NCBI GenBank assembly: GCA_001600815.1
Contig: BCKZ01000020.1
Span: forward strand, 398,831 to 462,830
Direction of reading: 5' to 3'
Origin: Alloascoidea hylecoeti
Lineage: Eukaryota
DNA length: 64,000 nucleotides
The translations under genes were made by a program, and so were the position numbers. A model generated the notes under the pieces. The model was not told the DNA's origin and did no database searches. It saw nothing but the letters and a program-made list of their open reading frames with translations. Below, one piece after another: positions 36,635 through 49,277 of the stretch; positions within the stretch are counted from its first letter, which is position 1, and each line of letters opens with the position of its first letter.

Positions 36635-38185
36635 CTAACTACTAGTATCAGTTAGGTTATACCGACTCTTTAAATTGGTCCACCAATCTCTCATCATCCA
36701 ACCATCAAATTGTGTAATCACTTTTGAAGATCCAGCAAGCATAATGAAAGATGTCTCGTTGTCTGGCTGCCAGTCATAAAAGTCATCCAAAGCGTATGTA
36801 TGACCAACTTCATGAAGATAGATGTGTAAATTTTCAGTACCATTCTCAACCGAATCTATGAAATATTCTAGACCAACTCTTTGACCCCAAAATCCTCCTG
36901 TACCAGTTGTATCCATTCCTTCTGTTAGCCAAAGGGAGTGGTCAAAATGTTGAGAAGAACCACCTGAACAATCGGAATAAACACCATCAGGATGTAAAAA
37001 TCTGCTACAATTATCAGAACATTCTGGAACACCATTACTGTCTTTATCGGTATATATATGAAGACCAGTGGTATCACCCTCAATTAAATCTTCATCATAA
37101 ACAGCCCATCCGACTACTTCAACAGGAACAGAAGAGTATGGAAATCCATCATAGCCAATGAGCCAATCCATCCATTTGGAATACTGCTTTTGAAGAGCTG
37201 CCTCAATCTCATTTCTATAAGTTTCTGTAAGTTTGGTGGTATTTGTTTCCCACCTAACACAGTAATTGATTCTACCATCATGAGCCATAAGTTGGTCGTA
37301 TCCATAATTCATATAACCCGTAGGATCATCATATGTTGACATCTCATGTGCCCAGACCTCTGTTAATGGAGTAACAAGTGATGAAGGTGGATCCCAAGTA
37401 GTAGAATGATCAGCTGTTCTAGTAGCGCTTGCAAAAGTAGTGGTCGCTGTTATATAAGAAATGCTGGCATCAGTACCATCATTAACAGAAGATGATGCTG
37501 CTTGGACTACTACTACAGTAGCTGGAACTGTAACAATATCTGAGCTGGTGACAACATCCCAAACTGTCACAACCTCAACTGCTTGTGTCGCTACACCCTT
37601 TGCTGCATTGGTATATGTATCAATTGCAGAACTGGCCAACACAGTTGCTGAAACGGTTACAATTGTTGAGCTAGTGGCAACATCCCAAACAGTTACAATC
37701 TCAGTTACTTGGGTGGCTACATTCTTTTCTGCATTGGTATCTGTATCAATTACAGAACTAGCTGGAGAGGCTTCTGAAAAGGTCCCATAGGTATGCGATT
37801 GATCACCAGAATCAACAGTCATAGTGCTTTGATGACCACCGGTTTCAGCTAAACTTCTCACATAAGATGTTTTTAGAGTTGATCCTAGCCATGGATTATT
37901 TGCACCGTAGTTGAGATTATAACCATCCGAAGCTTCAGACTTCAGGTCAGCACTAGTTGTTGCTATTATACTTTGAGTACTAGTACTACCTTCCACAGAA
38001 CCAGCTGTAGAGCGACATTGATAATAATATTGATTTTGACTGACACAAGACCCAGTAGCACAACAACTCACACCAGTCCAACCTTCCCCTCCACATTGTG
38101 AAAAGAGGTTTGCACAATCTGCAGTGACCTTGGAAAATAAACAAGAAACGGTTACCAGAACCGTGACTAAACGAATTGAAGACAT
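36635..38185 (-). CDS. Secreted CBM1 cellulose-binding module + Ser/Thr linker + HExxH zinc-metallopeptidase-like domain
   Basis: Signal peptide; CBM1 [35 protein letters not shown]-terminal NYCVRW...[17 protein letters not shown]...FIMLAG; intronless. Confidence 0.88.
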   Translation of the reverse strand: MSSIRLVTVLVTVSCLFSKVTADCANLFSQCGGEGWTGVSCCATGSCVSQNQYYYQCRSTAGSVEGSTSTQSIIATTSADLKSEASDGYNLNYGANNPWLGSTLKTSYVRSLAETGGHQSTMTVDSGDQSHTYGTFSEASPASSVIDTDTNAEKNVATQVTEIVTVWDVATSSTIVTVSATVLASSAIDTYTNAAKGVATQAVEVVTVWDVVTSSDIVTVPATVVVVQAASSSVNDGTDASISYITATTTFASATRTADHSTTWDPPSSLVTPLTEVWAHEMSTYDDPTGYMNYGYDQLMAHDGRINYCVRWETNTTKLTETYRNEIEAALQKQYSKWMDWLIGYDGFPYSSVPVEVVGWAVYDEDLIEGDTTGLHIYTDKDSNGVPECSDNCSRFLHPDGVYSDCSGGSSQHFDHSLWLTEGMDTTGTGGFWGQRVGLEYFIDSVENGTENLHIYLHEVGHTYALDDFYDWQPDNETSFIMLAGSSKVITQFDGWMMRDWWTNLKSRYNLTDTSS

Positions 38186-39634
38186 ATTTTAAAAAAGCTT
38201 TAAATAATACAGATTCAAATAAAAGGATTTGGATTCCATTATATAGCGAAATCAATAAATTTGGATATTGTGGTGCATTAATGTTTCAAATACAGAATAT
38301 TATTCATGACAACTTATGGCGGAAAGAGAATATGTATAATTAAGGCCTTATAACATTCTAGTATTGATGACACACCTATGGTGCTTCTTGAAATTGTCTT
38401 ATATTCAATTTTAAGAGTAAAATTCTTGTATGGCTTGGCTTAGAATAATCTTATATATCTATAGTTATATCCATAACTGCCGATACGGGATTCATTATTT
38501 GAACACCTCTAAAGAAGAATTCTTTTCCTATAATACTGTATAATTAGGTTACAGCATCAGACACTGTTTCACCTATCAGCTGCATGTTATTTTGTTGCTG
38601 ATCCTATATAATTAAGATGCATATTAATACTGATGGTATTATAGTGAATTTCTATTAGGCGCTATCAATTCATAAAGAAATCAATGATTTTATTTAGCGC
38701 TCTATGTTTAAAAAGGCTTAAGGTTTAGCTCAAGGGAGAATTATAAGAAAAATAAATAGCTATAAGCTTATGGTTATAATCAATTGATATTATTATATAT
38801 ACCTGGTGTTCCGTATACGTAGAAAGAATGAATTATAAAATATTGGACGCCTGCTCCTACATATGGATATGATTTATATGGAGATAGTAAATCTATTATA
38901 TTATTTGGAGACTATTAAAGAACGGAATAATCAACAAAATACTCAAAATCATTAATATTAAATTATTACTAAGTTTACAGATCTTACTAATATGAGACTT
39001 ATGTTACGTAATTTAAAAACCTCAACTTGAAGCAATACTAATGTTTCCAAATACAAGAACTTAATCTCAAAAATACAAGTCTATCCAACTTGGAACTTGA
39101 CAGATGTGTCATATGCATGCGATGTTGTTGCAAGATCACTTTATGGAAATTCAGGGTAGACCCTGCATATTATATGAGACACCTGCATCTGATTAATTTT
39201 CACAAGAAAAGAGTCATTCCACTTAATTAAAGCCACCTTTTAAACTAAACATTCGACCATGGTTAGATGCTTTAATTATTATTGATATATCTCATTCCTC
39301 ATGATTTTTAATAACTCTTATATTTACGCAGACAATTATATATTCTAAAAACCAACCAATGGAATGCAACAATAATCAAATGCTTGTTAACTAATATAAG
39401 CTATAAAATAAAAGAAGAAAAAAGCAAGAAATATAGCTATAGAAAATTTCAAAAATAATGCCAAAAATGATCTAGACTAAGTTAATAAATTTAAAATTTA
39501 AAAAAGAAAAAAAAAAATACACATTCTAATACTGTGAATAAGACGCGGATAATGTATATGCAATTTTGAACCTCCCCCCCGCCCCCTGAAACTTTATATT
39601 CGTGTGATATGAAATCTGATTACAAGCAAGAAAT

Positions 39635-42064
39635 CTATATGATATCCCTTAAAGACGCCTTCTCCTTTAATGCACTTAGTCTTTCTTGAGTTTCTTTTAT
39701 AAATTGATCCAATTCTTGGTTTGAATAATCATTCAAAACATCATCAACATCTCCTTCCAGAAGAGATGACTTTTTATTATTTACAGCCGAGTCCGCAGCC
39801 TTTTCCTTTCCATTATTATTTTGATATTGATCTTTTAACCAACCATTAAACTCTTGATTATTATTGTTCATAGGAATTAAGATCATGTAGTTACTATTCA
39901 TCAAAAACCTAGGATCAAATCCAGCCCCAATACCAGCATTCATTCTAAAGCTATCGCCATTCCCAAATTTAGAATGTCCGTAGCTATTATGAATGCCACT
40001 TGAGTTAGTATTCTCAATGTTAACTTTATGAGAACCAGTTATTCTTGATATGATAAATGAAAATGGTAAAATCACTAAAATATATAGCAACAAGAAAGCG
40101 ACGATTGCTAATATAGGTACAGCAATACTCTTACTTAATGGAATCATGTCTAATAATTCATTAACATTATCCATAGTTGGTTGATAAAAGGTTTCAACTT
40201 TTGATTTCTCATTTGATGAGCTTTTCTCAGGATGACTTGAGCGAACTTTCTTTGCTTTAGATCCTTTCTTATGCTTTCTTACTTTATGTGTATCAACCTC
40301 TGTGGATTTTGATTCACCTTTAACACTCTTATTCAACGCGGAAACTAATTGTTTTGAATATTCATTTTGCCCATCAAAACTACCTTTTTCAATCGCACCT
40401 TTGATCCAACTTTTACCAGTCCATTCAACATAGCAAGTAATTATAAATCTTGTTTTATTATTTTCTGCCCAACTTAAATAAAATTTAGACTTGACAATAA
40501 AAGCATTACCACTTGGTACATCAGGCGTTGTGGTTGATGATAAAACATAACAAAAGTCATTAAAATCATTTTTTTCAATAGATTCAGTAATATTACAAGT
40601 TGTTTGTTTAGGTCCAATGGGACCATTAAGTGGTTTGACATAACTATATTGTCTTTGTGGTTTCCCATCAACATCAGCGAAATTTGGAATAGTTGATAAA
40701 TCACGATTTTTCAAATCTTCATTTAGAGTTTGAATGAAGTTTATATCATCACTAAACAATAAGTTGAAAACAACACCTAAAGGAGCCTCTATAATTTCAT
40801 CACATATCTCTCTTTCATTAACCGAAGAATCAAGCTGAACATTGGCATTTGTAGGGGCATGTGTTGCTGGTTCTGGTATTGTCATATTTGAAGCCATTGG
40901 TTGAGTTGACAAAGGAATGTTACCTGCCTTTAAAGGTGAACTTTTTATATCCCGGGTAATTTTTCCAGGCGTAATACCATTGTCTGAGATTGGTGCGATA
41001 TCACTAATATCGCTTCCACTATCATCAGAATCGGAATCAGAATCAGAGTCGGAGTCATCGCCTGACTCTGAAAATTGATCATCTTGAGAAGAAACGCTCT
41101 CTAAACTTAAATTTCGCTTAGCTTTACCTGATTTTTCCACCCATAATGTATTCATAAATGAAAAAGCCGGATCTCTTGACACAAAACTTGTAAATATATG
41201 TTTGGCTTCAGTTGTTTCTACAGTAATAGCGTTTGGAAACATTTTTGCGGTTCTTTTCTTTTCAATATTCGTAATATCTTCATATGGAAGAACAAGATTT
41301 GTAACCCAACCTAGAATATTCGAGTTGAAGCAGATATGATGATCGGACATGAATAAATGACCTTGTAATAGTATATCTCTGCTTAGAGCACAGATGTACT
41401 CCACGTGTAGTTTATCATCTTCTGGGATGGTTTTAAATAAAGAATGAAATACTTTATTCCTTTTCTGAGAAGCATATACCTCTAGGGGATTAACAGAGCC
41501 TGCCCTCGATTTTGTCTTATTTAAATTTATGTCGCTGTTGGATGTAACACTAAGAGTTGGAGAAGCTAACGGAGTCATCGCCGAATAAGCCAAATCCTCC
41601 CCACGAAAAGCGTTTTGAGTGGCAGAATCCGTCTTAGACCTTGGTTTACCTCCATGACCACCGGCTCTAATCTGTGGAGGTCTTTCTAATAAGGCGACAT
41701 CATTTGCGTTAAAAATCTCCATTGAGGGAGTTCCACGCTTATACTCCGCTTGTTCTATCTTGATGGAAGGGAAGTCTATAACGTTATTGACTATGGATGA
41801 AGATGAACTGTTAACCAGTTTTCCTACAGAAAGACCAGAGCCATTTTCATTTTTGCGTTTTGGACTTCGAAATAGTGGCATATCTAATGATTGTTTATTG
41901 AATATACTAGTATCAGTTGTAAGGTCTGTACTGGAGTGAACTTCTTTTGAGTATATCTGGGACGGCTTTTGTAAACTGATAGCCAGAGAGTCGCAAGTTT
42001 GAGATCGGTGAAGAGCAGCCGAGGCTCTCTTTAAATCGTCGAGCTGGGAATCCACAGGGTCCAT
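39635..42064 (-). CDS. GRAM + VASt/StARkin sterol-transfer membrane-contact protein (Lam5/Lam6-like)
   Basis: GRAM domain (CALSRDILLQGHLFMS..FNSNILGW..FPNAI); StARkin (YVKPLNGPIGPKQT..TPDVPSGNAF..WTGKSWIKGAIE); TM helix; C-terminal coiled coil. Confidence 0.88.
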   Translation of the reverse strand: MDPVDSQLDDLKRASAALHRSQTCDSLAISLQKPSQIYSKEVHSSTDLTTDTSIFNKQSLDMPLFRSPKRKNENGSGLSVGKLVNSSSSSIVNNVIDFPSIKIEQAEYKRGTPSMEIFNANDVALLERPPQIRAGGHGGKPRSKTDSATQNAFRGEDLAYSAMTPLASPTLSVTSNSDINLNKTKSRAGSVNPLEVYASQKRNKVFHSLFKTIPEDDKLHVEYICALSRDILLQGHLFMSDHHICFNSNILGWVTNLVLPYEDITNIEKKRTAKMFPNAITVETTEAKHIFTSFVSRDPAFSFMNTLWVEKSGKAKRNLSLESVSSQDDQFSESGDDSDSDSDSDSDDSGSDISDIAPISDNGITPGKITRDIKSSPLKAGNIPLSTQPMASNMTIPEPATHAPTNANVQLDSSVNEREICDEIIEAPLGVVFNLLFSDDINFIQTLNEDLKNRDLSTIPNFADVDGKPQRQYSYVKPLNGPIGPKQTTCNITESIEKNDFNDFCYVLSSTTTPDVPSGNAFIVKSKFYLSWAENNKTRFIITCYVEWTGKSWIKGAIEKGSFDGQNEYSKQLVSALNKSVKGESKSTEVDTHKVRKHKKGSKAKKVRSSHPEKSSSNEKSKVETFYQPTMDNVNELLDMIPLSKSIAVPILAIVAFLLLYILVILPFSFIISRITGSHKVNIENTNSSGIHNSYGHSKFGNGDSFRMNAGIGAGFDPRFLMNSNYMILIPMNNNNQEFNGWLKDQYQNNNGKEKAADSAVNNKKSSLLEGDVDDVLNDYSNQELDQFIKETQERLSALKEKASLRDII

Positions 42065-42526
42065 TTGAATAAATGCAGGAGTGGCAAAGGTAATTGAAGA
42101 AGCGCAATACTTTGTGAGTGAAAAGGGTAAAAAGTTGAACTATGTAGTTTTAAACACACCCAGAAAGCGCCTGTAGTTCTCTGCCCTGCATGAAACCTAA
42201 ATGAATGGGTCTATCGGTATTGGGTTTCTCACAAGATCACCAGGGGACCCTGCCCCAAAACGCCAAATTCACAGCCTAGCCAGTGTCCCCGACATCTCCA
42301 TAAAGGTGTCACTGAAATGGTTATGGAGACATCAATAGAGACATCAATGGAATATGATCTAATCCATACGCCCGTCTAAAATATATATATTTTATTTATA
42401 ATTAAAAATTTGGGAATATGTTTTATATAAGAATTTGTCACATATTTCTAAACAAAAACCAAGGCCATAAGATTATAAGATTATAAATCATTATATATAA
42501 GGTATTATAAGCATATGTTACATATT

Positions 42527-43975
42527 TTAAACAAAATTCGGATTGTTCCAATCAAAGTTTGAATACACAATAGCACTGAATTCTGCCAATTCACTAACCT
42601 CGTCCATCGCATCTATAAACTCATTACATGTCGTTCGTGTTATTAATGTTGCTTGTCTTGTCGTTGAAGCCAATATACTAGCTAGTTTTAGCTTAGCCCT
42701 ATTGTTCTTAACGTTTGAAGTATCATTATTAATTGTTGAATTAATTGTGGTAGTGTTAGATAAAAGTTCCAGTGATTTGGCGATTCCCGTATATACAAGT
42801 TTATTTATAACAACACCAGTTGATGGAGATTCCAAATATTCTAATGTTTCATCAAGTAGCGTACGTAAAGACGGAGAGATTTCGGGTGCTCTCTCATCTA
42901 AAGCATTTGCTGATGTCTGTGTCAGAACGAATGCCTGTAAATCAAGTGGTGGAAGTAGAACACTTGCAAAAAATCTTGCTGACTCTTCAACATCATTTCC
43001 TTCAACAAGGACTTGAACTCTTGAGATTAAAATAGCAAATTCATCTGTTGTAAGCTCAGTTCTTGGGTTAATTCCCCCAAATACATTTTCAACGGCTTCT
43101 TTAACCTTTTCGCGCAATTCAATCCAGCCTCTATTTAATAGCCACCAACTGAATGATAAATACGTTTGTTCCGTTGCATATTGATCTTCATAATCGTATG
43201 CATGATTAATATCTTTAGGTTTACTGAAATCTTTTTGATATTTCTTTTCTGTCAATTCAATAGCTGATTCCAAATAAGATTTACGCGACACCAAATTAAT
43301 TTGAAGTCTTGCGAAAAGGACCAATAAAGATGTACCATAAATTAATGTGATTAAACGAGTTATACTTGTAGTTTTAAGTTCAGACCAGAGCTGACTTCTT
43401 GTTTTTGTGACATTAAATGAATTCTTAGTAGAAGTAGAAGGTGAAGTTGGCGCCGAATCAATTGTAAGATCCCCACTGTGTTTCCCATGTGTATCAAACG
43501 ATTTTACGGATACATCATCGGTAATGGACGCTGTATCACCCGGAGCAATAACGGAATTCCGAAGTTCTTTTTCTAATCTTTTGGCTTGTAACTCATGAGT
43601 GATTTGCTCAACGGGTAAACTATCAATTATCGGTTTTGATAAAGCCGGCAACAGGGCTAAGATGGTATACAAAGAATCCTTTTGATTTTGTTCAAATCGT
43701 TTCCTTATTCTATGGAAGGTAGCAATTAAGTTAGTATATAGAACCATAATTCAAGTTGTGGGCAATATAAACCCCAGATCCAAGAAGTTTTCTTTTGGTT
43801 TGCGTAAAAATACTTACTGCTCCCTTGTAAACTTCTCTTCAGCAATTCTATCTTGTATTTCCAATATCTTTCGTTTAACATATTCAATAGCCAGGTAACC
43901 AAGTCCAACCAAACCACCTGTTATCAGTATTTTTCTCTTGTGTTTTCGGCTAAAATTCACTAATGATGAAAACAT
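42527..43975 (-). CDS. PEX3: Peroxin-3; exons 43975-43818 and 43709-42527
   Basis: MFSSLVNFSRKHKRKILITGGLVGLGYL...FTREQ|IRKRFEQNQKD; QLWSELK; YLSFSWWLLNRGW; FSAIVYSNF. Intron GTAAGT...TACTAAC...TAG. Confidence 0.93.
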
Positions 43976-44244
43976 TTATTCAAGCCCAAATAAATGAGAT
44001 TCCAAGACAAAATAGTTGGAGGATAAATGTTCTACATAGTAAAAGGGTAATTATTTACAACTATCAGCAAATGGGTGTATGGATGTACTGGATGTGGAGA
44101 GTAAACATTAATTTTTTATTGGAATATGGGGTGACTTCCATTCAGTTTAGAAAATGCTAGCCGTTTGGACTCATCACATTCTGTAAACCCCGTGTGTTCT
44201 TTCTCCACTTCACAACCCCTGAGAGAGGTAATAAAGAAAAAAAA

Positions 44245-44670
44245 ACATTAAAGCCTCTTCTATCAGGGAACGAGGAGGTTAGAATCGTTAAATTATTTGA
44301 AGAAATGGGTCTTGGACCGAATACATCGATCGCAAAGATTACTAAAGAGAACGGGTACTATATGATGGATGAAGCAAATTACCGGAAAGCACAATTCCAA
44401 TAGTCCAAGAACGCCCCACTACCAAAACAAATGCTACCCAAATGAAATGTATGGATTCAAAATGTATTTACGGGCTTCTTGATAGGAATACACGGATAAT
44501 AAATGTCAAGGCTCCCACGTCGGAAGAATACTAGTTTATTTGCACATGTTCTTCAAAGTTGGTATGAAACCCTAGTGTTTGAAGGTTTGATCAACGAGTA
44601 TTACTGTAAACCAATTTAAAACCAATTGAAATTCCTAATGTTGATTATTCTACCCCGACGAAACACCTAG
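44245..44670 (+). mobile_element. Degenerate pogo/Fot1 (Tc5/DDE_1)-like transposase relic
   Basis: One frame, in order: LLSGNEEVRIVKLFEEMGLGP (CENP-B/Tc5 HTH-like), ITKENGYYMMDEANYR (cf. IYNxDETGF), FAHVLQSWYE, LIILPRRNT (cf. LxxLPPHxS); multiple stops. Confidence 0.4.
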
Positions 44671-45361
44671 TAAATTAAGACAGAGTATTACAATTACACA
44701 AGAAAAAGTTGAATAATAGGATAATGTAATGATCTGATAATAATAATTAATTGACCAGTTGTTAGCGGATGAATTTTCTTAAACTTTCAGGGAATCGTCG
44801 GTACTCTCTTTATATCTAAAGCTCTAGATAATTTTTATAACTGTTTATAGTTCTTATTTCACTATTCCTTAACTTATTTCTATGCTTTTAATGCTCATTC
44901 TCAAAACTTTAGAAGTAATGATCATTTTTTAGGTTTTCTGCTTTAACTCTATAATTATACAGCCGCCGCCTCGTTAGGCCGTATCACTCACCCATCGGGA
45001 GTTATGACGCCAAAAAGGCTAATGAAGACCACTCTACACACTGATTGAATCTATTTAGAACCAATATGTTCCCAGATTCCTTGAATATTTTTCTTGTTAT
45101 GTTTTAGAACGATGATTTAGTGATTCTCGGCTTATTAAGATTCAATATTCTTTCAAGCGTCATCTTTTTCTGTCTTCTATTATTTCTCCTTCACTCATTC
45201 TTCTATGGTTGGTGGTAATCGTATAGTCTAAAGTGAGTATGAGTTATACCAAATACCGAATTCAATACATTTGTTTATTCAACTTTTTAATAAAAAAGAT
45301 ATATTTGACAGTTTAATTATACATCGTCGCGATTAAATGTCTATGGTAAAGACAATTCTAT

Positions 45362-46032
45362 CTAATTGGTTGTCTCTTTCCGCTTCTTCTTTTTCTTCTT
45401 CTTTTCTACACTATCATAATTTTTACTAACTTTACCCTGACTTTTCTTAGACTTCCTTCTTTTCTTTTGTCCAGATTCATTATCATTTTCAGATCCAATA
45501 ACAGAAGAGGTTTCTAAACCATTTGTTGCATTATCAGAATCTGAAAATCGCTTGTGAACTCCTGTGAAATTAAGAGACGATATTGTGGGTTCTAGCCCTT
45601 GAGAATTTCCTGCTAATGCATGTTTTATAAATCGATTAGCAGCTTCTTTATCTACCCTTGAATTCGCTATATTAAGAGTGTGTTAGATAAACGAGATGAT
45701 ATGATAAAATATAGACAATACTTACATGTTATTGGTTGATTATGATTCTTCATCTGTTTAACTTTATTCATGTATGACTTTACTCTTTGTAACTCCCCCA
45801 TTATCTTATGGTTACTAGTATCAGTGCCAAGAGTCTTCAAATAAGAAAACAAAATAGCAACTAAAGCGTACGCATAATTACTATATATTTCTGCTTGTTG
45901 TATTGGTGGTAAGTTCGAGCTCACTTTTTCATTTAGTGGTTTATCAGTTAGAGGCCCCAGATAATTCTCTAAGTTATCGAGTTGTATATTCAGACCATTT
46001 ATATACTCTTTAATATCCTCTAGCCCATCCAT
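45362..46032 (-). CDS. LRP1: Nuclear exosome cofactor Rrp47/Lrp1 (C1D family); exons 46032-45726 and 45666-45362
   Basis: YAYALVAILFSYLK..HKIMGELQRVKSYMNK; after intron GTAAGT...CTAAC...TAG it continues RVDKEAANRFIKHAL..FTGVHKRF with a Lys-rich tail. Confidence 0.88.
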
Positions 46033-46775
46033 TATGGTGTTCAATAGTTATTTTTCTTGTCTTTTTCAGAATTATTGATTCATGAAAATTAATATTTTTG
46101 AGTCTAAATGAACCGACGTTCACTTTTGTTATGTCATTAGAGTCACGTGTGTCCATTTATCTGTTTTCGTCGACCTATCTAATGAAAAGCGAATTATTTG
46201 ACTACGTACACCGAACTAAAGTTATAACTATCCACAAAATATAATTGTCATTTACAGCGAAATGTTTTTACAATATTGCACGAATTAAATTTACTAGAAG
46301 TTTTTTACCAACACTGCTCCACAAGGCTGAATAACTACCTTCCCCATGTGTTAATGATAGCATATAATATCAAATGCTACATAGAGTCATATATGGCAAT
46401 CATTTTTTGTGTTGTTTGGGTTCGCTGACTCTAAGGACGCTTTATTTTGAATTATTATCTATAGTTTCATTAGTATGCTCACTCAGATAGAACCCATTAC
46501 CATCGATGATACTGTCACTTTTGGCAAGACAATTCTTGGCGCAAGTAACTCGTCTGTGGTCTGATAATTTTCATCAAAACGAGACCAAATACCTAGCGCA
46601 AGAAATGGCCAAATATTATGACATCAAGTGGTCTAAATTAAGTGGAAATGATGTATTGTGAACGAATGGTATGCGTATATTACATACCTGAAGCGTATAT
46701 TGTATCACTGCTGATACACCTTCAAGGCCACTTCATCAATGCTTTGGTTTGTTTCAATCGAGCCTCAAATAAGTA

Positions 46776-49277
46776 ATGACTTCGCTCAAGAGCTTTATAA
46801 AAAGCGTACGGGCTGCTAAAACTATTGCCGATGAGCGGGCTGCTATTCAAAGGGAGTCTGCTGCGATCAGAACTTCTTTTCGGGAAGAGCATACAGATCT
46901 ACAAACCCGTCGTTCAAATATTCAAAAGCTCCTTTATCTATTCACTTTAGGTGAACCAACCCATTTTGGCCAAGTTGAGTGCTTGAAACTTTTAGCTTCA
47001 CCTCATTTCGTTGATAAAAGATTGGGTTATTTGGGGACAATGCTTTTATTGGATGAAAATCAAGAAGTTTTAACATTACTGACAAATTCATTAAGTAATG
47101 ACTTAAACCATCCAAATCAATACATTGTTGGTTTAGCTCTTTGTACTTTGGGGAACATTGCTTCTCCAGAACTTGCTAGAGATTTGTATCCTGATATTGA
47201 AAAGTTAATAACCTCTCCTAATCCATATATTAAAAAGAAAGCTGCTCTTTGTGCCGCAAGAATTGTTAAAAAGGCCCCCGATTTGAATGAAATTTTTGTT
47301 GATAGAGCTAAATTATTATTACAAGATAAAAATCATGGTGTTCTATTAGCAGCAATTGACCTTGTTGAGGAATTATGTGAACAGGAGCCGGATTTAATTG
47401 ATGACTTCAAAACTTATATTCCAGCTTTAGTTCGTCATTTGAAAGCTTTAACAAATGCCGGATATACTCCAGAACATGATGTTTTAGGTGTTACCGATCC
47501 ATTTTTACAAGTCAAGATATTACATTTATTAAGTACTTTAACAAGTGATAATGGTGGATCTGCTCCCGAATCTATGAATGATATTTTAGCAGCTGTTGCG
47601 TCAAATACTGATGGTTCAAAAAATGTTGGTAATGCAGTATTATATGAATCAGTTCGAACTATTTTTAATACAAATTCTAATTCAGACTCTGATTCTGGTC
47701 TTCGTGTTTTAGGTATTAATATATTGGGTAAATTTTTATCAAATAAGGATAATAATACCCGATATGTTGCTCTGAATACATTATTAAAAGTTGTTGAATT
47801 AGAACCATTGGCTGTTCAACGTCATCGTGCTACAATAATTTCATGTCTAGATGATAATGATATTTCAATCCGTCGACGTGCTTTAGAATTAGCATTTGCA
47901 ATTATTAATGATCAAAATGTTCGTGTACTAACAAGAGAATTATTAAGTTTTTTAGAACGTGCAGATTCTGATTTAAAAACATTTATTACAAGTTCAATAT
48001 CAAATATTACCGAGAAACATTCTCCAAATTTAAGATGGAGATTTGATACTTTGTTAAGGATGTTAAATGTTGCTGGTAATTATATTACTGAACAAGTTGT
48101 TTCTGAAATTTTAGCTTTATTAATGCAAACAACTGATTCAACAATGAAAAAATATGTTGTTCAAAAGTTATATGCTTCAATGAAAAAGGATCTTACTCAA
48201 CATAGTTTATTATTAGTTGGTATTTGGGCGTCTGGTGAATATGCAAATTTATTAATTAGTGGTGGATCGTTCCAAGATGAAGAAACAACAATTCAAATTT
48301 CAACTAAAGAACTTATTGATCTTTATGATATTATTTTAAAATCACCATTTGGTAATCAATCAGATATTGTTTGTTATACTTTAACAAGTTTAATTAAATT
48401 ATCAACAAATGGAAATGCAACATCAGCAGAATTGGATAATATTAGAAGAATCATTCAATCAAAAAGATTAGATCTCGATATTGAAATTCAACAACGCGTT
48501 GCTGAATATTTACAAATTTTAGTTCAAAATAAAAATACGCGGAAAGGTATTTTGGAATCAATGCCTGCTCCTCCTCATACTGAAAAAATAAAAGAAGAAT
48601 CATTAACAAAATCAAAAGGTAAATCTAAAAGGGAAGCAGGATCTGCTTCTAATTCAGGACGAGGTAATTTATTAGATTTTGATGATGATAATGGTTCAAT
48701 TAGTACACCACAGAATGCTGGTGGAAATGATGTTAATGATTTATTATCTGATATTTTTGGTTCTTCATCTCAGCCTGCTGCCAAATCAACTTCAACCCCT
48801 TTGGTAGTTGCTCCTGCTGTATCGACCAATCAGTCTATTCTGGATTTATTTGGACCTTCTCCATCTGTTCCTCCAGCATCAAATGGGTATACTCCTAATC
48901 CTAATCCAGTTTCTACTACATCAACAAATCCAACATACTTGGCTTTCACTTCTGATCATATATCCATTAGTTTCACTCCACATCTTTCAACTTCAACACC
49001 AGGCTCAGCAACAATAACAGCAACAATAGCTTCATTATCGCCATCAACAATATCAAATCTTTCAATGTTAGTAGCTGTTCCAAAATCTCAAAAATTACAA
49101 CTTCAACCAATATCAAATAATACAATTTCAAACGGTTTAAAAGCCACTCAAATTTTAAAAATTTCTGGTAATGCTGGAGCAAGTGTTAAACTAAGATGTA
49201 GAATTTCTTATTTAGTTAATGGAAATGAAGAAGTTCAACAACAATTTGATTATAAATTCGATGATAAATTATTGTAA
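46776..49277 (+). CDS. APL4: AP-1 complex gamma-adaptin
   Basis: SLKSFIKSVRAAKTIADER, HFGQVECLKL, YTPEHDVLGVTDPFLQV, SNKDNNTRYVAL; ear domain AVPKSQKLQL. Confidence 0.96.
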   Translation: MTSLKSFIKSVRAAKTIADERAAIQRESAAIRTSFREEHTDLQTRRSNIQKLLYLFTLGEPTHFGQVECLKLLASPHFVDKRLGYLGTMLLLDENQEVLTLLTNSLSNDLNHPNQYIVGLALCTLGNIASPELARDLYPDIEKLITSPNPYIKKKAALCAARIVKKAPDLNEIFVDRAKLLLQDKNHGVLLAAIDLVEELCEQEPDLIDDFKTYIPALVRHLKALTNAGYTPEHDVLGVTDPFLQVKILHLLSTLTSDNGGSAPESMNDILAAVASNTDGSKNVGNAVLYESVRTIFNTNSNSDSDSGLRVLGINILGKFLSNKDNNTRYVALNTLLKVVELEPLAVQRHRATIISCLDDNDISIRRRALELAFAIINDQNVRVLTRELLSFLERADSDLKTFITSSISNITEKHSPNLRWRFDTLLRMLNVAGNYITEQVVSEILALLMQTTDSTMKKYVVQKLYASMKKDLTQHSLLLVGIWASGEYANLLISGGSFQDEETTIQISTKELIDLYDIILKSPFGNQSDIVCYTLTSLIKLSTNGNATSAELDNIRRIIQSKRLDLDIEIQQRVAEYLQILVQNKNTRKGILESMPAPPHTEKIKEESLTKSKGKSKREAGSASNSGRGNLLDFDDDNGSISTPQNAGGNDVNDLLSDIFGSSSQPAAKSTSTPLVVAPAVSTNQSILDLFGPSPSVPPASNGYTPNPNPVSTTSTNPTYLAFTSDHISISFTPHLSTSTPGSATITATIASLSPSTISNLSMLVAVPKSQKLQLQPISNNTISNGLKATQILKISGNAGASVKLRCRISYLVNGNEEVQQQFDYKFDDKLL

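Noticed and set aside
39040..39230. LDRCVICMRCC ferredoxin-like or LRR-like peptide
   Set aside because: Isolated short match with no open frame or context
42281..42350. GC-rich inverted repeats (TCTCCATAA/TTATGGAGA) upstream of the LAM gene
   Set aside because: Short, single occurrence, no ncRNA hallmark; probably promoter sequence
46142..46149. GTCACGTG as CDEI of a point centromere
   Set aside because: No AT-rich CDEII or CDEIII follows; more likely a Cbf1-type promoter site
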